IMG/VR virus record: IMGVR_UViG_3300017655_000263
Coordinates: 54,945 to 74,944 of that record
DNA: 20,000 nucleotides
Direction: 5' to 3' (one strand)
Source: an uncultured virus (IMG/VR IMGVR_UViG_3300017655_000263)
Taxonomy: Duplodnaviria; Heunggongvirae; Uroviricota; Caudoviricetes
The position numbers and the translations under genes are program-made. The notes below the pieces were generated by a model. The model saw only the letters and a program-made list of their open reading frames with translations. It was not told the DNA's origin and made no database searches. This document shows positions 14,836 through 20,000 of this stretch, one piece after another (the stretch's first letter is position 1; every line of letters starts with the position of its first letter).

Positions 14836-16141
14836 ACCCTTCTATTGAATCATGCCGGGTGACCAGATACCGGTGGGAATTGGCGATCACCCGGGATAAC
14901 TGCCCATCCACCACCTCCCCCAGATGCGGCGTGATCCTGACCGTCACACCCTGGTTCTCCACCATCGGATCCTTCTTCTTATGCAGATACGCAACAACGT
15001 GACGAATACCCGTATCTTCATTGGCCGGCGGCTGCAACAACCTGGCGTGGTAGTTCGGCAGGTTCATCAATACCCTGGCTTCCTCCTGCCCAAAGCGATG
15101 GATGATCGAGGCCCGGTCCGCGGCCGCGATTCGGAAGTAGACCTTGGCGGGTTGCGAGGAGAGAGACGCATTCAACCGTCGATTCCCGATCTGTTCGAAA
15201 TTCTGGTGAGCCAGGACGGGGATGACCTTTGCAGCCCGCAGCTTGTCGATCGAGTGGACAAAGGTCTCGGACGCCAGCTGGTCGAATTCATCGGCCAGCA
15301 GGCGCCAGGAACGATCGTCAGGCCCTACATCCATCCGGGCCGCGGCCGCATTGACGAACATGGCCATGATCACATTGCCCAGCCGGCGAGACTGCCGATG
15401 CGGGGTACCCTCTCTCGATGAGACCAAATCGCAGATGACGATCTTGCCGGCATCGAGCCATTCCTGCAGCAAGAAGGTGTTTTGAGGGTGCTTGAGACAG
15501 GCACCAACCGGATCCCCGATCAGGAACTCCCGCAACCGCACCGCGGTCGACGCCACGGCATCCCGCTGGACCCGGTTATTGTTCTGGTCCCCCCGGTTCT
15601 GCGCCTCGAAGTCGGTCCAGAAATAGATGATGTCCGGGTCGAGCGTGTCCTGTTCGATTGCCTGCCGGATCAATCGCCGACGCTCCTCGGGACGCACCAG
15701 GATATCCAGGACCGTTTTCAGGGTGGGAGCATCATCCTCCAGGGCCAGCCAGAGTCCCATTGTCAGGTACTGCTTCACCTGCGTCATGGTCTCGACAAAC
15801 ACCCCGGTACGATCGAACATCTCCAGGACGTTATCGACCACCAGTGTTGGATTGCCATGCAACGGGTTGATTCCCCAGGTCATCCCTTTGGGCGAAAGTC
15901 CCGGAGCCACATAGACCACCCGCTCCGGATATTTCGTCCGCGAGGCAATGGTTTTGGCCAGATGGCCGTCCTTGAGATCGAGAACCAGTACCCCATCCCC
16001 CTGATCCGCCGCCTGCTCGCACAGGCCACCAAGGAAGAAGGACTTGCCTGTTCCAGGGTTACCAATGGTGTGAATGCTCCACTGGGGATCCCGAACCTCG
16101 ACCACCTCTTCGTTCTCGTTCATGCCGATTTCAATAGCCAT
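14363..16141 (-). CDS. VirD4/TrwB-like type IV coupling ATPase
   Basis: Walker A GNPGTGKS, VLVLDLK, INPL, Walker B LLADEFDQ, LAHQNFEQ. Confidence 0.85.
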   Translation of the reverse strand: MAIEIGMNENEEVVEVRDPQWSIHTIGNPGTGKSFFLGGLCEQAADQGDGVLVLDLKDGHLAKTIASRTKYPERVVYVAPGLSPKGMTWGINPLHGNPTLVVDNVLEMFDRTGVFVETMTQVKQYLTMGLWLALEDDAPTLKTVLDILVRPEERRRLIRQAIEQDTLDPDIIYFWTDFEAQNRGDQNNNRVQRDAVASTAVRLREFLIGDPVGACLKHPQNTFLLQEWLDAGKIVICDLVSSREGTPHRQSRRLGNVIMAMFVNAAAARMDVGPDDRSWRLLADEFDQLASETFVHSIDKLRAAKVIPVLAHQNFEQIGNRRLNASLSSQPAKVYFRIAAADRASIIHRFGQEEARVLMNLPNYHARLLQPPANEDTGIRHVVAYLHKKKDPMVENQGVTVRITPHLGEVVDGQLSRVIANSHRYLVTRHDSIEGYDYGFPDDDTADDEGGFFLDDEAGEEVTPGPRRPQGGAGGQGVALAGDPGRGGYIAGLEQAPLPHQSPDSGSAVPGDDKQSQEDLQRSGGEGRRRPVVEAPVRVEADREDDGLPDQPDQGQGDGQDHRKHRPGTGQHSDQGGDQDSAGNARGKIRPR

Positions 16142-16219
16142 CAGTGATCTCCTTGCCTATGGGGATTGCCTGTCAGGATCGCCCGGCCCGATAGTCAACC
16201 GGGCCGGGTCAGCACTTCA

Positions 16220-17212
16220 CTAGTCTTCATCCTCATAGGTCGTCAGCCGGCGCATCTGCTCATCCAGCAGCTTGGCTGCTGCCTCCACCCTGCGGAGGAA
16301 GTTGGGTGCCAGGGCAACCTGATCCTCCGGTGACTTCCCCTCCATCAAGGGGGCGAATTCCTCGATTATGGTATTGATCGTCTTCACCGTCTGCCTTGCG
16401 CCCATGTCGCCCTTGATCATCTCCAGGTTGTTATTGTCAGCCCTCATCCGGCGCAGTTCCTTCACCAGTGTCATGTCTCGCTCGAAGTCGTGGTCCATCT
16501 GCTTCATCTGCCTTTCATGATCATATCCGGCCTGCAACGACTCCATATATCGCTGGTGCTCGAGGTTCGCGTACTTGTTGGCTACCTCACCTCGTTGGTC
16601 CGCGGCGTAGACCTCAAGCCGGAGGTCCTCCAGTGCCTGGACCCGGCCATGCTGGCGGTCGATGCCGTCGATGTCGTTCCGATAGCCCGCCATCTGGACA
16701 TCAATGACCTGCTGGGTCTTGTTGGCCTGGTAGATGCTGCGCTTCTCCCGCAGGGCCGACAGTTCCTCAACCAGCCGGTACATGTCCGACTTGGTGGCGG
16801 GATTAACAATCCGGAAGTTCATGAAGAACGTCGCGAGCCAGGCACGGAGTCCACCAAGCCCCTGGTTGCCGTAGAGACCGCGGAAGGCGTCCCTGGTGGC
16901 CGCTACGGCCAGTCCGCCCCGCTCACCCGTTCGCTGGATCTGGCGAATCAGGCGGCGCTCTTCCTCGGCGAAGATCATCATCTGTGGATCCTCATCCTCG
17001 GGTTCCAAGATCTCGTATTGACCTGTCCGGGGATTGAAGCGTTGGCGATTCCCATTGGGATCCACCAGTGTGGTGCCACCTGATACCCGCCTCGTATTCC
17101 GGGAATTAGGGAACGACACCAGGCTGGAATCCTCGTCCCAGTCACTGCCGAAATCGTCATCCCAGTCGCTTGCAACGAATTTCACCTTCTTGTCGAATTT
17201 TGGAGCTGCCAT
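16220..17212 (-). CDS. coiled-coil hypothetical protein, first gene of the mobilisation operon
   Basis: GAAAGG SD before MAAPKF at 17212; long helical C-terminal half. Confidence 0.75.
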   Translation of the reverse strand: MAAPKFDKKVKFVASDWDDDFGSDWDEDSSLVSFPNSRNTRRVSGGTTLVDPNGNRQRFNPRTGQYEILEPEDEDPQMMIFAEEERRLIRQIQRTGERGGLAVAATRDAFRGLYGNQGLGGLRAWLATFFMNFRIVNPATKSDMYRLVEELSALREKRSIYQANKTQQVIDVQMAGYRNDIDGIDRQHGRVQALEDLRLEVYAADQRGEVANKYANLEHQRYMESLQAGYDHERQMKQMDHDFERDMTLVKELRRMRADNNNLEMIKGDMGARQTVKTINTIIEEFAPLMEGKSPEDQVALAPNFLRRVEAAAKLLDEQMRRLTTYEDED

Positions 17213-17532
17213 GGTTTGTGACCTTTCTGTGCTTTGACGAATGGAAAAACGGGAGGTACCACAAGTAGACCGATTGCTCACTAACCGCATGCTCACAGCG
17301 AGGATGCGGGCAGAATATTCGGGCTGCCACGTGCATATTTTTTGGAGTCGGGAATACAACAGCGCATGACTATCACCTTTCCATGGTCATCAGAGACCAT
17401 GAACTACCGTTCAGGCGATCACCCAATGTGATCGTTGATGTTGCCGAAAAAGGTGGCAACGAAGGCAGTTAAGAAGGTGACAGAGGCTGTCACAAAGTGT
17501 GGCCCGAAGGCCACGAGAGGGTTACATGACCC

Positions 17533-17561
17533 AAAATAGCATCACAGGATGGATACGTCAA
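17533..17561 (-). promoter_or_regulatory. candidate promoter of the mobilisation operon (TTGACG-17-TATTTT, extended TG)
   Basis: Minus TTGACGtatccatcctgtgaTGcTATTTT. Confidence 0.5.
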
Positions 17562-18056
17562 GCCGTTATGGATGCCTGTTTCGCATTCAGGGAAAGTCGC
17601 TCTCAATAATCAGCGTAATTGCGTTGCATGCACTCCAGACACACTACCGGTAAAGGTTTCACCTTAGCGTTTACCGGTATCTCTAACCGATGTATGGAAC
17701 ATTGAGAGGTACAATAGATAAGACGACGTTCCTCGGCGTGATCGATTCCCTTACCTGACCCATGATCGCCCCTGCTCCTTCTGCACCGACAGAGGCTCCC
17801 GGCAGGCTCCGGTCTTGGGCACCGCTGACCTGAAACGTTGGCCATCCTGATTCGATTCAGGGTGTCGTCATTGTCTGGACGTTGATGAGGTGGCGCGGTT
17901 AGCACACAAATGTCCAGGTGTCTCCGCGATTTCAGGGGGGGGCGATTACGTCTGAGGAAGTGGTCAACTATTTCCCGCCAGGTACATTATCTGCCTGGTG
18001 AATTACAGTCTTTGAAAGCGCCCGTGAGCCATCAAGGCATCAGGATGTCTTGATGG

Positions 18057-18965
18057 CTATCCAGATTGCTGGTCCTTGAGACCAAGCATGTCTTCGACGA
18101 TTTTGAACCAATAGGGCATCCGGTTTTTCTTCGTTCCCCACATTCCCCCATCGCCGGCTTGCTTGCTGATCGATGCCGATTTTTCCTTGGTCTTGGCTCG
18201 GGCAGCTAGGAGCACATCAATAAACTCATCGATGTCCAGACCGCTGCGATCGCAGAGATTGACGGCGCGGCTGAGTGAGGATGACAGTTTGGCCTCATCC
18301 CCGAATTCTCGCGCAAAGTCTTCGATGTACGGTTGGAGCGCGCGCCGGGTCTCCGAGTAATTAATTCTGACCACCCGACCATTCGAAAATTCGAGATCTC
18401 TTTCTCTAACTTCTGTTTGTTGTTTAACTGTTTCTTGTGTGTCCACGCCTGTGGACAGGGGCTGTCTACCACCGTGGACAGGGGTGTCTATACCTGTGGA
18501 CAGGGGGTGTCCACGCCTGTGGACAGGGGTGTCTACACCTGTGGACAGGGGGTAATCTCCCACATCGGGCACTTCATCCTGGTTATCCAGGGGATCACCG
18601 GCCATGCGTAACCGGTAGGTGGTGGGGGTGGATCCCCGCACCGTGTCCGAGTTGCGATAGCGGATCAGAATGCCTTTTTTGCGTAGGCTCAGGAGGGCTT
18701 TGGTAACCCCGGACTTGGAGAGTCCGGTTCCCCGATCCAGCTGCTTCCCGTCTTTGGTGGTGATCCCTTCGGAGAGCTGACGGAGGGAAATGTTGTCGGA
18801 GTCCTTTTTGAAACCGAAGGTGCGGCGGATGATATAGAGCAGCACCTTGATTTCTATCTCGGAGAGATCGGGCAAGAGGTAGTCGAACAGGGCGTCGGGC
18901 ACCTGGGTATAGTTGGGACTGGAGAATCCCTCGAAGGTTTTTGACTTGAGTTCGTCTTCAGCCAT
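18057..18965 (-). CDS. replication initiator (phage O-like N-terminal HTH)
   Basis: PNYTQVPDALFD..LSEIEIKVLLYIIRRTFGFKK..ISLRQL..GTGLSKSGV..L; internal iterons; next to par genes. Confidence 0.8.
   Translation of the reverse strand: MAEDELKSKTFEGFSSPNYTQVPDALFDYLLPDLSEIEIKVLLYIIRRTFGFKKDSDNISLRQLSEGITTKDGKQLDRGTGLSKSGVTKALLSLRKKGILIRYRNSDTVRGSTPTTYRLRMAGDPLDNQDEVPDVGDYPLSTGVDTPVHRRGHPLSTGIDTPVHGGRQPLSTGVDTQETVKQQTEVRERDLEFSNGRVVRINYSETRRALQPYIEDFAREFGDEAKLSSSLSRAVNLCDRSGLDIDEFIDVLLAARAKTKEKSASISKQAGDGGMWGTKKNRMPYWFKIVEDMLGLKDQQSG
18440..18552. repeat. five iterons, probable replication origin
   Basis: TGTCYAY-N4-GTGGACAGGGG at 18440, 18463, 18485, 18508 and 18530; T-rich tract at ~18400-18439. 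Confidence 0.85.
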
Positions 18966-19149
18966 GCTTGCCGCCTGGAGTTAGGATTAGTGTGCTTCTA
19001 GTCAGCCATCAAGAATGGGCGCGCAGAGTACTCAACAAGCACAGCACCACGTATTGTCTCCCAGCTGGTAACAGAGTATATGACACTGCGTTAAAAGTCA
19101 TGATCTCATGACAAGTTGGACATACCGTGAGCCCCGAGGGTAGTAGTGA

Positions 19150-19422
19150 CTATTTAACCTCTTCGGCTGCGGCGAGGTATTCAACAGCCTCACTCACCAG
19201 ATCCGAGTAGTCCGTCTTTTTGCCAGTATCCAAATATCTCTTCAGCTGGATTTTCATCAGAAGCTGGGGAGTGGTATCTGGCAGGTGATACGTTCGTTTG
19301 GTTTTGGGTTGGATTTCTATAATCTCATCAGTTTCATCTTCATCAGGAGACTTCTGCCAAAACTCATCCGCGGCCGGCTTATTCGTCTGGCGGGAGGCGA
19401 CAGGTGATGGTTTACGGGCCAT
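19150..19422 (-). CDS. small partition partner (ParG/RHH-like)
   Basis: 90 aa directly downstream of parA; KRTYHL beta strand followed by helices (SDLVSEAVEYL). Confidence 0.65.
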   Translation of the reverse strand: MARKPSPVASRQTNKPAADEFWQKSPDEDETDEIIEIQPKTKRTYHLPDTTPQLLMKIQLKRYLDTGKKTDYSDLVSEAVEYLAAAEEVK

Positions 19423-19424
19423 GA

Positions 19425-20000
19425 CTAGAACTCCTTGGCAATCGTGGCATAGGCTTTAGTTGCGGGGGACACCGGGTTGAACTCCCGGAGCGGTTGCCCG
19501 GCTGCCACGCTGTCTCTCACCGCGACGGCTTCTGGTATCGGCGGCTCGAAGAGATGAACCTCTGGCCAGTCCGTCCGGGCTTTCTCCAGTACCGCGGCGG
19601 CATGATTGGTTCGGTTCATCCTGGTGGGTAGAATACCGAGCAGGTGTAACTTGGGGTTGATCTCCATCCTGGCATTCGTGATGGAGTCCAGGAGTAGCTG
19701 CACCCCCAACAGGGAGTAGAACTCCACAGCCATGGGAATGAGAACCTCTGTGGCGGCCGAGAAGGCGTTGACGGTGAGATTGCCAAGGCTGGGTGGGCAA
19801 TCGATCAAAACGACGTCGTAGCGGCCCTGGACGGTCTCCAGCGCCTGCTTGAGACGGTCTTCCCGACGTGGAGCACCAAACAAGACCCCCTCGATGGTGG
19901 CCAGCCGGATATTGGCAGGTGCCAGGTCGAGATTTTCCCTGACCTGCAGGATGATGTCAGCGAGCGAGGTCTCGCGCAAGAGAACTTCAGATATTTCGTG
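19425..20000 (-). CDS. parA: ParA/Soj family ATPase (5' truncated by the window)
   Basis: LDLAPAN, YDVVLIDCPPSLGNLTVNAFSAA, LLGILPT motifs. Confidence 0.95.
   Translation of the reverse strand, partial: HEISEVLLRETSLADIILQVRENLDLAPANIRLATIEGVLFGAPRREDRLKQALETVQGRYDVVLIDCPPSLGNLTVNAFSAATEVLIPMAVEFYSLLGVQLLLDSITNARMEINPKLHLLGILPTRMNRTNHAAAVLEKARTDWPEVHLFEPPIPEAVAVRDSVAAGQPLREFNPVSPATKAYATIAKEF

Noticed and set aside
13744..17083. Long plus-strand ORFs (13744..14757, 15482..16147, 16490..17083)
   Set aside because: Antisense shadows of GC-rich minus-strand genes, with no motifs
18440..18552. Palindromic repeats as a mini-CRISPR
   Set aside because: Repeats are contiguous with no unique spacers, lie inside the rep gene, and no cas genes are present

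Overview
Almost every credible gene in this window is on the minus strand, and the window has two parts. The right part (~13.7-20 kb) is a plasmid-type backbone: parA, a small partner gene, a lambda-O/HTH-type replication initiator with five iterons inside its own ORF, and a mobilisation operon (coiled-coil protein, VirD4/TrwB-like coupling ATPase, Replic_Relax/MOBC-type relaxase). The left part (1-13 kb) is a dense run of about 30 short phage-early-like genes: a 2H phosphoesterase resembling anti-CBASS Acb1, a pentapeptide-repeat protein, an HExxH peptidase, a J-domain protein, a RelE-type toxin-antitoxin pair, a YopX-like protein and acidic hypotheticals. These are driven by five near-consensus promoters sharing TATTGACATA, and many are preceded by repeated, covarying leader hairpins of three families. 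The most unusual feature is a ~1 kb stretch without convincing genes (5165-6215) directly behind a strong promoter. It folds on the minus strand into two ~210-nt tRNA-like RNAs with long closing stems and internal insertions, followed by a ~550-nt multi-helix domain. One long-range helix of that domain competes with a stem that hides the next gene's ribosome-binding site. The window is probably from a plasmid or phage-plasmid. All family calls come from motif recognition by eye; no searches were run.
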